From the UHGV virus genome UHGV-1374574: a stretch of 45,677 bases of DNA. One strand, written 5' to 3'. A program made the translations under genes and the position numbers. The DNA is from a virus. Under the pieces are notes generated by a model that was given only the letters and a program-made list of their open reading frames with translations, ran no database searches and was not told the DNA's origin. This document shows positions 7,605 to 16,730 of the stretch, in pieces. Every line of letters starts with the position of its first letter. Within the stretch, counting starts at the first letter, position 1.

Positions 7605-7632
7605 TTGACATACATAATAAAAAGGGTATATA
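7605..7632 (+). promoter_or_regulatory. promoter TTGACA-16-TATATA
   Basis: Consensus -35 at 7605-7610; drives RHH gene 7666. Confidence 0.5.
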
Positions 7633-7665
7633 CTACAGGTGATTTTTTGAGAGGGAGGTATATCT

Positions 7666-7947
7666 ATGCGACCAAAGAAAACAGTTGAAATGAAACGAGT
7701 GAGTATCAGACTAGAACCATACCAAGTAGCAACGATAAACGGCATTGCGAAAAAGAACGGAGAAACATTTACAAGTGTGCTTAGACGAATGGTTGATTTT
7801 TCGACCAACAAAGTAAGTGAGGATTGTATAGCGGTGTCGTTAGATAGTGCCGACCATGTGAAGTTGAAAGCACTGGCAAGAAGTAAGGGAAAGTCTGAAA
7901 GCGATTTGGCTGCCGAGATAATCAGTGGTTGCATGAACTTCATGTGA
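7666..7947 (+). CDS. tandem (double) ribbon-helix-helix DNA-binding protein
   Basis: Two consecutive RHH-like units (KRVSIRLEPYQVATINGIAKKNGETFTSVLRRMVD and IAVSLDSADHVKLKALARSKGKSESDLAAEII). Confidence 0.5.
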   Translation: MRPKKTVEMKRVSIRLEPYQVATINGIAKKNGETFTSVLRRMVDFSTNKVSEDCIAVSLDSADHVKLKALARSKGKSESDLAAEIISGCMNFM

Positions 7948-8107
7948 TTTTTTGGTACAGAAAAAGGGCCTTTAAAAATTTTTCGCAGAAAAAAACCGTC
8001 TATAGGGGAAAATTTATGGAAAATCCGTGTATATTTACAATTTAATAATATAGAGTTAAGATATAGATGATGAATTAGTACATTTTTAGAATACTCCTCC
8101 TGGAAAG

Positions 8108-8131
8108 CCGCCTGTAATGGGTGGCTTTTTT
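8108..8131 (+). terminator. intrinsic terminator-like hairpin immediately upstream of terS
   Basis: GCCGCC/GGTGGC stem (one G.U), loop TGTAATG, TTTTTT. Confidence 0.5.
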
Positions 8132-8153
8132 AGGTTTGGAAGAAAGGGGCAAC

Positions 8154-8618
8154 ATGGCAACCAGAAGTAAGTTAAAGAATTATAACGGCCTTACAGATAC
8201 CGAGCAGAGGTTTTGTGATGCCTATATGAAAAATGGTGGTGACGGTGTTGCTGCTATGGAAGAAGCCGGATATTCGCATAAGTCGGCAAAGAGACTTTGG
8301 GCAGATATGTACAAGAAACCCGAAGTACAGAATTACTTGCAGACAGTCACAAAGACGATTGAACGAGAAACGATTGCGACTACGGCAGAGATCCGTGAAT
8401 TTTTGACATCTGTTATGAGAAACGAAGCAGAAATGACAGAATACATGAACCGTTTTATCGGTGGTGGCGAACAGGAAATCACACCAGTAGTCAGAAAGCC
8501 GAATAACCGGGAGAAGTTAGATGCTGCCGATAAACTTTTGAAGATTAGCGGTGCATACAACAAAGATGTTAATACGAATATTATTCCTATTGTCATTCAA
8601 AACGACTTAGGAAAATAG
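8154..8618 (+). CDS. terS: terminase small subunit
   Basis: LTDTEQRFCDAYMKNGG...AAMEEAGYSHKSAKRLWADMYKKPEVQNYL matches Firmicutes phage TerS HTH pattern; start moved to ATG 8154 (RBS GAAAGGGG) because track start 8121 lies in the terminator. Confidence 0.75.
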   Translation: MATRSKLKNYNGLTDTEQRFCDAYMKNGGDGVAAMEEAGYSHKSAKRLWADMYKKPEVQNYLQTVTKTIERETIATTAEIREFLTSVMRNEAEMTEYMNRFIGGGEQEITPVVRKPNNREKLDAADKLLKISGAYNKDVNTNIIPIVIQNDLGK

Positions 8619-8713
8619 AATATGTTGGTTGCGGTTTATCCAACACATAGAAAAAGCCAACAGGGAGATTATCCGTCAAAGGGTAGTCTCCTTTTTGATT
8701 TTTTGAGAAAGGA

Positions 8714-9973
8714 GTGGTTGTCATAGCACAAGAAGCAAAGCAAGTTTCGTTACGACAGGTTATCGGACAGGGATATGATGAATTTTTCAACTTCAAAGGC
8801 CGTTATCTTGTGTGCAAGGGGAGCAGAGCAAGTAAGAAGTCAAAGACAACCGCTTTACGTTGGATAGTTTTACTGATGCAATATCCAACGGCAAACTTGG
8901 TATGTGTTAGAAAGGTGTTTAGTACGTTACACGATAGTTGCTTTGCGGATCTGAAATGGGCAATCAATCAGTTAGGAGTTCAAGACTTCTGGCAATATAA
9001 AGAAAGTCCGTTAGAGATTACCTATAAACCAACCGGGCAGAAAATTCTGTTTCGTGGTATGGATGATGCTTTAAAGTTGGCATCTATTACAGTACCAACA
9101 GGTAGTTTGTGTTGGTGTTGGGGCGAGGAGTTCTATGAGGTAATGGACGAAGATAGTTTTAACCTTTTAGATGAATCTATCCGTGGTGAGATTGCAGAAG
9201 GACTTTTCAAGCAGATTGTTATTACATTTAACCCGTGGAATGAGAAACACTGGTTGAAGAAACGATTTTTCGACACTCCAAACGATGAAAACAAACTGGC
9301 ATTAACAACCAACTATATGTGTAACGAGTGGTTGGACGATAACGATAGAGCATTGTTCGAAAGAATGAAAGAACAGAATCCTAGACGTTACCGAACTGCC
9401 GGGTTAGGTGATTGGGGTATTTCCGAGGGTGTTATCTACGAAAATTGGGAAGAACAGAAATTTACCGTTGATGCAATCCGTAAGAGAGGACATATTAAAG
9501 CGGCATTCGGCATCGACTTTGGTTTTACCGATGAAACGGCATTTGTGGCTTGTTTGATTGATGATAACAACAAGGAAATCTTTGTTTTTGATGAATGGGT
9601 AAAGAACAACGTCACGAATGAGGACATTTACAATGCAGTTTGGAGTTTGGGTTATTCAGACCAGATTGTAGTTTGTGATAGTGCTGAACCAAAATCCATC
9701 CAGGAACTTAGAAACTTAGGACTGTATAAGGCTAGACCGGCACGAAAAGGCCGTGATAGTGTCTTGTATGGTATTCAGTTAATACAACAGTATAAAGTGA
9801 TTATTCATCCGAATTGCGCTCATACAATCACGGACATTAGTAATTACAGTTGGGAAAAAGATAAGCAAGGAAATTTGGTAAACAGACCGAACCATGATTT
9901 TTCACATACTATGGACGCTTTGAGATATGCGGTTATGGATAAAGTGAGAGGTTCGGCTTTTTCTTTTGATTAA
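8714..9973 (+). CDS. terL: terminase large subunit
   Basis: Walker A CKGSRASKKSKT; C-terminal nuclease-like acidic motifs; position after terS. Confidence 0.9.
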   Translation: MVVIAQEAKQVSLRQVIGQGYDEFFNFKGRYLVCKGSRASKKSKTTALRWIVLLMQYPTANLVCVRKVFSTLHDSCFADLKWAINQLGVQDFWQYKESPLEITYKPTGQKILFRGMDDALKLASITVPTGSLCWCWGEEFYEVMDEDSFNLLDESIRGEIAEGLFKQIVITFNPWNEKHWLKKRFFDTPNDENKLALTTNYMCNEWLDDNDRALFERMKEQNPRRYRTAGLGDWGISEGVIYENWEEQKFTVDAIRKRGHIKAAFGIDFGFTDETAFVACLIDDNNKEIFVFDEWVKNNVTNEDIYNAVWSLGYSDQIVVCDSAEPKSIQELRNLGLYKARPARKGRDSVLYGIQLIQQYKVIIHPNCAHTITDISNYSWEKDKQGNLVNRPNHDFSHTMDALRYAVMDKVRGSAFSFD

Positions 9974-9982
9974 GGAGGCAAC

Positions 9983-11476
9983 ATGAACGGATTCTTACCG
10001 TATGGTGCAATGACAAACATTGCAAACAACATTGTGAATGAAGGCGCACAGTCGGTAATGTCCGATAAGCGTTTTCTTGAAAAAGAGATTAAAGAATGGA
10101 AAGATTCTGCGAAACGGCAAGAAATGATTGTAGCAGACCAGTATTACAATGGGGACCACCCTATTAAATTCTCCAAAAGAGAAGTAATTGGTGAGGGCGG
10201 TAACAAAGTTGAGGTTGACAATCTGCCGAACAATCGTATTATCGACAACCAGTACCAGAAAGCGGTAGACGAAAAGAAAAACTACATCATGGCAAAACCA
10301 CTTACCATTACCGCAAAAGATTCTAAGTATGGTGAAACCGTAAAGAAATACTACAATGCAAAGATGCACCGCACATTAAACAGAGTTTGTCGAGAAAGTA
10401 TCGACAAGGGCGTTGCTTTTTTATATCCGTATTATGACAGTAACAGTGTGTTACGGTGGAAACACTTCCGTTCATGGGACATTATACCTTTCTTTGAAGA
10501 TGAAGAAAGAACGATTTTAGAAGCGTTTGGCCGTTTATATACCATTGAGGGTTACGAAGGTGAAGAACGTAAGGTATTTGAGTTTTTCGATTACTACACC
10601 GCAGACGGTATCAAGCATTACCGATTAGAGGGTGGCCGACTTTTTGAGAACGAACTAGAAGAAGATGAACCGTATGCTTCTATCAATGTTCCGGCAGAAG
10701 GTGGTTACGAAAAGAAGTATTTCAACTGGCAGAGAATACCACTTATCGTTTTCAAGAGAAACGAAAAGGAAATCCCGCTGATCCGTAACACAAAGAGTAT
10801 TCAAGATGCAATCAACCGTATAGTTTCTAATTTCGTAAACAACATGGAAGAAGATGTGAGAAACACAATTATGGTTCTTATCAATTATGACGGTGAGAAT
10901 TTGGGTGATTTCCGACAGAAACTTTCTACATACGGTGCAGTAAAGGTAACAACGATTGACGGACAGGCCGGGGACGTAAAAACCTTACAGGTACAGGTTA
11001 ATGCCGAGAACTACAAAGCAATCTTAGGTATTTTAAAAGAAGCATTGGTTGAAAATGCACGTTCTTTTAATGTAAAGGACAACCGATTGACTTCCGATGC
11101 TAACCAGATGCACATTCAGACGGCTTATCACGATATGGACCTTGATGCTGACGATATGGAAGTTGAGTGGCAAGCAGCATTCGAAGAAATGATGTTCTTT
11201 ATCAATGCAGACATTAAGAATAAAGGCGGTAACGTGCCGGAGGATGCAACGGTAACATTTACATTCAATAGAAATATGATGATTGATGAAAATGCAATCA
11301 TTCAGAATTGTGTTGTATCTAAGGATATTATCAGTGATGAAACAATCCGTGCAAAGCATCCGTGGTGTGTAGATCCAGAAAAAGAGAAACAGTTGCTTTC
11401 CACACAGATGAAAGAAGAAGTAGCATATAACCCTACAGGAAAGACACCGACCTACAAGGATGGTGAGGATGAATGA
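9983..11476 (+). CDS. portal protein (SPP1 gp6-like)
   Basis: Size, position and similarity pattern to SPP1-type portals. Confidence 0.85.
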   Translation: MNGFLPYGAMTNIANNIVNEGAQSVMSDKRFLEKEIKEWKDSAKRQEMIVADQYYNGDHPIKFSKREVIGEGGNKVEVDNLPNNRIIDNQYQKAVDEKKNYIMAKPLTITAKDSKYGETVKKYYNAKMHRTLNRVCRESIDKGVAFLYPYYDSNSVLRWKHFRSWDIIPFFEDEERTILEAFGRLYTIEGYEGEERKVFEFFDYYTADGIKHYRLEGGRLFENELEEDEPYASINVPAEGGYEKKYFNWQRIPLIVFKRNEKEIPLIRNTKSIQDAINRIVSNFVNNMEEDVRNTIMVLINYDGENLGDFRQKLSTYGAVKVTTIDGQAGDVKTLQVQVNAENYKAILGILKEALVENARSFNVKDNRLTSDANQMHIQTAYHDMDLDADDMEVEWQAAFEEMMFFINADIKNKGGNVPEDATVTFTFNRNMMIDENAIIQNCVVSKDIISDETIRAKHPWCVDPEKEKQLLSTQMKEEVAYNPTGKTPTYKDGEDE

Positions 11477-12642
11477 CTTTAGAGGAATATATGTTTCAGA
11501 TAGGGGAGAACGAATATTCAGAAGATGTTCGTTTCCTCTTATCTGTCATAGAAACAGAAGATAGCCTAAAAGAAGATATTGAACGGTTACTATTCCTATT
11601 TTCTAAGGGTAAGATAACAAAGCGTAAACTAAAAGCAGAAATCAATAGCCTTATAAATTCGTTTTTTGATTATTTCAGCCATGATTTTGAGGAAGTTTTG
11701 CAAAAAAGTTTCTTGGATAACCTTTTAGAGACTGCTTTTGTTATTCAACTTATTAAAAATAGATTTAACAAAGTAACTCTGGGCAAACTTAACCCAAATT
11801 GGCACATCAACAAGGAATCTTATATTGATGATATGTTGTTTTACAAAGGACGGTTGCAACAAGATATTCTCAAAGAGATAAACCGAGGCATTATATACGA
11901 CCAGGATATTTCGGTAGAAAAGGCTTTTAAAACGCTCGAAAACAGTATGAAAGCAATGATAGATACCGAATGTTCGTATGCGGAAAGACAAGGCACAAAA
12001 ACGGCTTTTGATAATGAGAGTATCAAGAAATACAGATACTTAGCGACACTTGATACCAAGACTTGCGAAGATTGTGCAGAGTTGGACGGAAAAGTGTTCC
12101 TTGTCAAAGATGCAGAAGTCGGTGTTAATTACAGTCCGATGCACCCACATTGTAGATGTGTAATACTTCCATACTTTGAAGATTTCGAAACAGGTACAAG
12201 GGCGGCAAGGGATAAAGATGGCAACACAATTCAAGTGCCAAACACAATGACCTTTGCTGAATGGAATAAAAAGTACGGCAAAACCGTAGTAAATAACAGT
12301 AAAGCACTTGAAAAATCCGGGAAAAGTGGTAAAATAATATCAGAGTTTACAATCCATGATGACAAAATCAATAAATTCTGTTTGAAACAAGGTTCAAAAC
12401 ACGCAGAAGAATTTTTTAATGTAGGATATGAACCTTCGGACGGGGAATTGTTAAAGCACGATATACTGACACAGACTACGAATGAAAGAGTAGACATTAA
12501 AATTGAGGACACGGGAGCAGAGAAGTTCAGTATATTCATGGAATTGGGCAAAACAAAGAAAAAACGGTTCAGAACTGTATGGCAGAAAAATACGCCAAGT
12601 AGTAAACCAAGATTGATTACGGCACATAGAGAGGACGAGTGA
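11473..12642 (+). CDS. head morphogenesis protein (SPP1 gp7 family)
   Basis: Signature TKTCEDCAELDGKVF...PMHPHCRCV motif. Confidence 0.85.
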   Translation: MTLEEYMFQIGENEYSEDVRFLLSVIETEDSLKEDIERLLFLFSKGKITKRKLKAEINSLINSFFDYFSHDFEEVLQKSFLDNLLETAFVIQLIKNRFNKVTLGKLNPNWHINKESYIDDMLFYKGRLQQDILKEINRGIIYDQDISVEKAFKTLENSMKAMIDTECSYAERQGTKTAFDNESIKKYRYLATLDTKTCEDCAELDGKVFLVKDAEVGVNYSPMHPHCRCVILPYFEDFETGTRAARDKDGNTIQVPNTMTFAEWNKKYGKTVVNNSKALEKSGKSGKIISEFTIHDDKINKFCLKQGSKHAEEFFNVGYEPSDGELLKHDILTQTTNERVDIKIEDTGAEKFSIFMELGKTKKKRFRTVWQKNTPSSKPRLITAHREDE

Positions 12643-12839
12643 TAGCATTGAACGAAAATGATACAGTTAGAATTAAAAAGAATAATGTAGTCGGTGTTAT
12701 CATTGACATTTACGAAGTCGGTGGCGTGACGCACTACTCGGTAGAGGCCAACGAGAAAACAGTCGAAGCGGAAGGAGGATACGGAAAAGAGTATCCAATA
12801 TTTGATTGTTTGGCAGAAGAAATAGAATATCTTGATTAA
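12639..12839 (+). CDS. hypothetical protein
   Basis: GTG start overlapping upstream stop; 66 aa. Confidence 0.45.
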   Translation: MIALNENDTVRIKKNNVVGVIIDIYEVGGVTHYSVEANEKTVEAEGGYGKEYPIFDCLAEEIEYLD

Positions 12840-12841
12840 AA

Positions 12842-12868
12842 AGCATCCTAGAAATAGGGTGCTTTTTT
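12842..12868 (+). terminator. rho-independent terminator
   Basis: AGCATCCTA-GAAA-TAGGGTGCT + TTTTTT. Confidence 0.7.
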
Positions 12869-13056
12869 GTTGCTACAAAACACTAAAGGATAAGGAACGT
12901 GGGGGTATGGCACTTTGCAAAAATGAGCAACTAAAAGCAGTACACACTTCGTCCGGCGCAATGACTTGGATAAGCGTGTGTAAGAAAACAAGAAAGCAAT
13001 GTAGTATGTGTAAAAAGATAAAGGCAGAATCAAAATAGGTTCTGTCTTTTTTTATT

Positions 13057-13128
13057 GGCGGGATAGAGCAGTGGTAACTCGCTAGGCTCATAACCTAGAA
13101 ATCGTTGGTTCAAATCCAACTCCCGCAA
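13057..13128 (+). tRNA. tRNA-Met (anticodon CAT; could be Ile2/lysidine type)
   Basis: Cloverleaf: acceptor GGCGGGA/TCCCGCA, anticodon stem CTAGG/CCTAG with loop CTCATAA, T-arm GTTGG-TTCAAAT-CCAAC; G1.A72 mismatch noted. Confidence 0.7.
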
Positions 13129-13214
13129 TTCGTTGGTGAACGTAAAACACAAAAAACAATTTCAAGTTCGTGGACTGAACCACGTTAAACAATGTTTGAA
13201 GGGAGCAAAAAGAA

Positions 13215-13814
13215 ATGAGAAAAGAAGATTTATTGAACATCGGAGTTGCGGAGGAAAACGTAGCAAAGATTATTGAACTGGCAAAGGCCGACCTTGAAGG
13301 TTATGTGCCAAAGGCAAGACTTGATGAGGTTATTAAGGACCGTGATGCACTGAAAGCACAGATTGTAGACCGTGACAAACAGTTAGAAGCATTAAAGAAG
13401 ATTGATGCAGAAGGTTTACAGGCAGAGATTGAACGGTTGCAGACAGAGAACACAACAACAAAAGAACAGTATGAGAGCGAGATTTCTAAAATGAAACTCG
13501 ATAGTGCAATCCGTGACACTTTGAGAACGGCAGAAGCAAGAAATATTGATATGGCATTAAAACTGATTGATTTATCCGAAGTCGGGTTCGACAAAAAGGG
13601 AAACCTTACAGGACTTGACGAACAGATTGCAGCACTCAAAGAAAACGAGTTCAGTAAAAATCTTTTTGGTAAGGAACAGGCGAATCCGGCGGGCATGAAT
13701 CCGGCGGGAAAACCTACTCCACCAGTAGTAAAGAAACCGAGTGAAATGAGTTATGCAGAACTGGATGCTTTTATGAGAGCGAATCCGGGTGTTGACTTAT
13801 CTACACTTGAATAA
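13215..13814 (+). CDS. scaffolding protein
   Basis: Coiled-coil rich, between portal/gp7 and capsid. Confidence 0.7.
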   Translation: MRKEDLLNIGVAEENVAKIIELAKADLEGYVPKARLDEVIKDRDALKAQIVDRDKQLEALKKIDAEGLQAEIERLQTENTTTKEQYESEISKMKLDSAIRDTLRTAEARNIDMALKLIDLSEVGFDKKGNLTGLDEQIAALKENEFSKNLFGKEQANPAGMNPAGKPTPPVVKKPSEMSYAELDAFMRANPGVDLSTLE

Positions 13815-13842
13815 AAACAACCAAGAAAGGAAGTAAAAAACT

Positions 13843-14895
13843 ATGGCAAACACAAAATTTGATTCCAAGTCCTTTAATCCAGAGGCATTTAAGTACGGCG
13901 TTGATAGAATCCCAAATTTAACTACCAACGAACTGAAAAAGAGCAGAGCATTAAAGGCAAATCCAGACATTAAGAACGTAATGACCGCACAGAACGGTGT
14001 AAATTACGCAAGAATCGCTATCAGAGGTTTACTTGATGGCGATGCAGTAAACTATGACGGTCAGACCGACATCACCGCAACAAAGACAAAGACCTTTGAA
14101 CGTGGTGTACAGGTAGTCGGCAGAGCAAAGGCATGGGTAGAAACTGATTTCGCCTATGACCTTACTGGCGTTGACTTCATGGAAAACGTAAAGGAACAGG
14201 TTGCACAGTACAAGGACACATTAGACCAGAATACAATCCTTGCAATCTTAAAGGGTATCTTCTCTATGGCTAATGGTGCAAAGAACGTTGAGTTCGTAGA
14301 CAAGCACACTACTGAAATCGAGGGTGCTATGGAAGCAACTACACTCAATACCGCAACAAACAAGGCTTGTGGTGCTAACAAGAAGAAGTTCTCCTTAGTA
14401 TTCATGCACTCCGATGTTGCAACAGGACTTGAAAACCTCAATCTGTTAGAACATTTAAAGTACACAGATCCACAGGGTATTCAGAGAAATCTTGACCTTG
14501 CACAGTGGGGCAACAAGTTAGTAGTTATTGACGATGCAATGCCTGTAGAAGTTGTGGGTGACGGTGACGATGCAGTTACTAAGTACACCACATACGTTTT
14601 AGGCGATGGCGCATTCGACTACGAAGATATTGGCGCAAAGGTTCCTTATGAAATGGACCGTGATCCGAAGGTAAACGGTGGCGAAGATACTCTCTACATG
14701 AGACAGAGAAAGGTATTTGCTCCATTCGGTATTTCCTATGAAAAGGTTTCCCAGGCTTCTTTATCTCCAACAGATGCAGAACTTGAAAAGGGTGAAAACT
14801 GGACATTAGTTCATTCTGGCGAATCCGTAGCGGCTAACCGTTCCTTCATCAACCACAAGGCTATTCCAATTGCGAGAATTATCTCTAGAGGTTAA
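13843..14895 (+). CDS. major capsid protein
   Basis: 350 aa, position after scaffold, strong RBS. Confidence 0.75.
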   Translation: MANTKFDSKSFNPEAFKYGVDRIPNLTTNELKKSRALKANPDIKNVMTAQNGVNYARIAIRGLLDGDAVNYDGQTDITATKTKTFERGVQVVGRAKAWVETDFAYDLTGVDFMENVKEQVAQYKDTLDQNTILAILKGIFSMANGAKNVEFVDKHTTEIEGAMEATTLNTATNKACGANKKKFSLVFMHSDVATGLENLNLLEHLKYTDPQGIQRNLDLAQWGNKLVVIDDAMPVEVVGDGDDAVTKYTTYVLGDGAFDYEDIGAKVPYEMDRDPKVNGGEDTLYMRQRKVFAPFGISYEKVSQASLSPTDAELEKGENWTLVHSGESVAANRSFINHKAIPIARIISRG

Positions 14896-14897
14896 TC

Positions 14898-15290
14898 ATG
14901 GTAAAGGTGGCACAGGTTATTGATGTGCTGAAACTGATTGGGTATTCCGCAGTAAGTGACGATGAAAAGTCTCTTATCGAGTACATGAAAGACGTTACAG
15001 AACGTGAAATACTCAATCAGTGCAATATTACAGAAGTTCCAGAAGAACTTGACAAGGTAGTTATCAATCGTACTTGCGGTGCTTTTCTTGAATCGAAAAG
15101 TGCCGTAGGTACTTTGACAACCACATTAAATATCGACATGGTAGCAAAGAAGATTGTTGAAGGCGACACAACGGTAGAATTTGCTACAAGCGATAGTCTG
15201 ACACCACAGAAAGCATTGAATAACTTCATTAGAAATCTAAAGGAGTATGGAAAGCGTGATGTTGCTGCTTTCCGTAAAATGCGATGGTAA
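14898..15290 (+). CDS. head-tail connector / adaptor protein
   Basis: Size and position (SPP1 gp15-like slot). Confidence 0.45.
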   Translation: MVKVAQVIDVLKLIGYSAVSDDEKSLIEYMKDVTEREILNQCNITEVPEELDKVVINRTCGAFLESKSAVGTLTTTLNIDMVAKKIVEGDTTVEFATSDSLTPQKALNNFIRNLKEYGKRDVAAFRKMRW

Positions 15291-15628
15291 GAAAGGCAAT
15301 CGAAAGTCGCTATGATGGTTTATGCACGATTACAAACCTTGAATCAAGGCGAGTGAACGGTGTAAATAGAACGGAACCAGTAGTATATTGCGAAAATCAA
15401 CCGTGCCGACTTAGTTATCAAAAAGGTGGTTCTGCGAGCCAGTCAGACACGGTAAACACATCATACCAAGAAATCAAACTGTTTATTGCGCCAGAAATTG
15501 AAATCAAAGTCGGTGCAAAAATCACAGTAACGCAGAACAATGTTACAGAAACGTATAAGCGAAGCGGTAAACCTTTAGTATATAAATACCACCAAGAAGT
15601 ATTGTTGGATGCCTATACGGAGGGATAG
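15284..15628 (+). CDS. head closure protein (gp16-like slot)
   Basis: Position. Confidence 0.4.
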   Translation: MVRKAIESRYDGLCTITNLESRRVNGVNRTEPVVYCENQPCRLSYQKGGSASQSDTVNTSYQEIKLFIAPEIEIKVGAKITVTQNNVTETYKRSGKPLVYKYHQEVLLDAYTEG

Positions 15629-15631
15629 CAA

Positions 15632-16132
15632 ATGGTAGATTGTAAAGAATTGAAACGGCTTCAACAGAAACTTGAAAAGGCAAGCAATACAAGTGATGTT
15701 ATGAATCAGATTGCTACAAAAATGGCCGAGTATCTATTGAGCCGTGTAATTCCGAGAACGCCAGTGTATGCACCCAAAGTTATCAATGGGCAACTATATG
15801 AGCGTGTCAATGGTAAAGATGCCGGAGATTTGCGAAAGGCATGGCAAGAAGATAACAAGAATTTGGTTGTTCATCAACACGGAAATTCATACACGATTGA
15901 AGTAGTTAATAGTCAAGAGTACGCATCGTATGTCGAACAAGGACACTGTCAGAACGTAGGACAGTTATTCCCTGTTATAGTCGATGGGGAAAAGGAATAT
16001 AGACGGTTGAAACAAGCGTACATTCCGGGACAACATTTCTTGTATCTGTCAGAACAAGATTTAAAGAGAAATAGCAAGTCAATCATTGAATCCAAGATAC
16101 GCAGTTTCTTACAGGAGGTATTTAATGACTAA
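15632..16132 (+). CDS. tail completion / neck protein
   Basis: Position. Confidence 0.4.
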   Translation: MVDCKELKRLQQKLEKASNTSDVMNQIATKMAEYLLSRVIPRTPVYAPKVINGQLYERVNGKDAGDLRKAWQEDNKNLVVHQHGNSYTIEVVNSQEYASYVEQGHCQNVGQLFPVIVDGEKEYRRLKQAYIPGQHFLYLSEQDLKRNSKSIIESKIRSFLQEVFND

Positions 16133-16541
16133 GCAGATACGGGATGCTATCACCAATAGAATCTATGAGCAGTTTGGTGATGATTACAATATTGAAATAG
16201 AAAGCAAAGAACAAGGATTTACTACTCCTTGTTTTTTTGTGCAAATGTTGGAAACGCAAGAGATTGCTAAACCAATGAATCGGTACTTGCTAATCAATCC
16301 AGTTAAAATTGTGTATTTTCCGAAAAGCGAGTACGAACCAATGAACGAATGTTACGGAGTACAGAGTGACATAAAAAACATTCTTCATTATATAACACTT
16401 GCTGACGGAACAAAACTCCGAGGAACGGACATAAGAACAGTTGTAGTCGGAAAGCAATTACACGCTTTCGTAAATTATGATTTTTATGCCACTAAGGACG
16501 GAGACACAAGCGAGTTGATGGGCGTATTAGAAAGGCGGTAA
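16125..16541 (+). CDS. tail-terminator-like structural protein
   Basis: ATG 16125 after AGGAGG; track start 16086 overlaps upstream gene. Confidence 0.4.
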   Translation: MTKQIRDAITNRIYEQFGDDYNIEIESKEQGFTTPCFFVQMLETQEIAKPMNRYLLINPVKIVYFPKSEYEPMNECYGVQSDIKNILHYITLADGTKLRGTDIRTVVVGKQLHAFVNYDFYATKDGDTSELMGVLERR

Positions 16542-16545
16542 AAGT

Positions 16546-16716
16546 ATGGCAGAAAAGAAGGCCACTGCACCGAAATTTCGTGGTGTAGATATTAAACAGT
16601 CTAAAAGGCTTGCTGAATACCGTGACATTTTATCGGTTCTTCTGAAAGATGATGTGGAATACACCATTGCAGAAGTAGAAGCAGCCATTGAAAAGTATAA
16701 AAAGACAAGAGCGTAG
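16546..16716 (+). CDS. hypothetical small protein
   Basis: 56-aa ORF between structural genes. Confidence 0.35.
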   Translation: MAEKKATAPKFRGVDIKQSKRLAEYRDILSVLLKDDVEYTIAEVEAAIEKYKKTRA

Positions 16717-16730
16717 AAAGGAGATAGAAA

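Noticed and set aside
6695-7615. Minus-strand ORFs in the 950-bp gap (100, 62 and 77 aa)
   Set aside because: Their composition is pyrimidine/Phe/Leu-rich simply because the + strand is purine-rich; no RBS and no homology signal.
8121-8153. Track start of terS ORF at 8121
   Set aside because: Those codons lie inside the terminator hairpin and its T-run; ATG 8154 has a proper RBS and gives the conserved TerS N-terminus.
8640-8700. Weak hairpin between terS and terL (AGGGAGA...TCTCCTTTTT)
   Set aside because: Only a 5-6-bp stem with a 17-nt loop inside a tightly linked packaging operon; probably not a functional terminator.
12231-12734. Minus-strand ORFs (e.g. 167 aa at 12231..12734, 131 aa at 13301..13696, 169 aa at 31523..32032, 99 aa at 25944..26243)
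   Set aside because: They are fully embedded antisense within well-supported + strand genes, with low-complexity translations and no RBS.
12832-13038. 68-aa ORF between the head morphogenesis operon and tRNA-Met
   Set aside because: Its 5' part overlaps a strong intrinsic terminator, it has no RBS and its composition is Lys/Cys low-complexity; probably non-coding leader to the tRNA.
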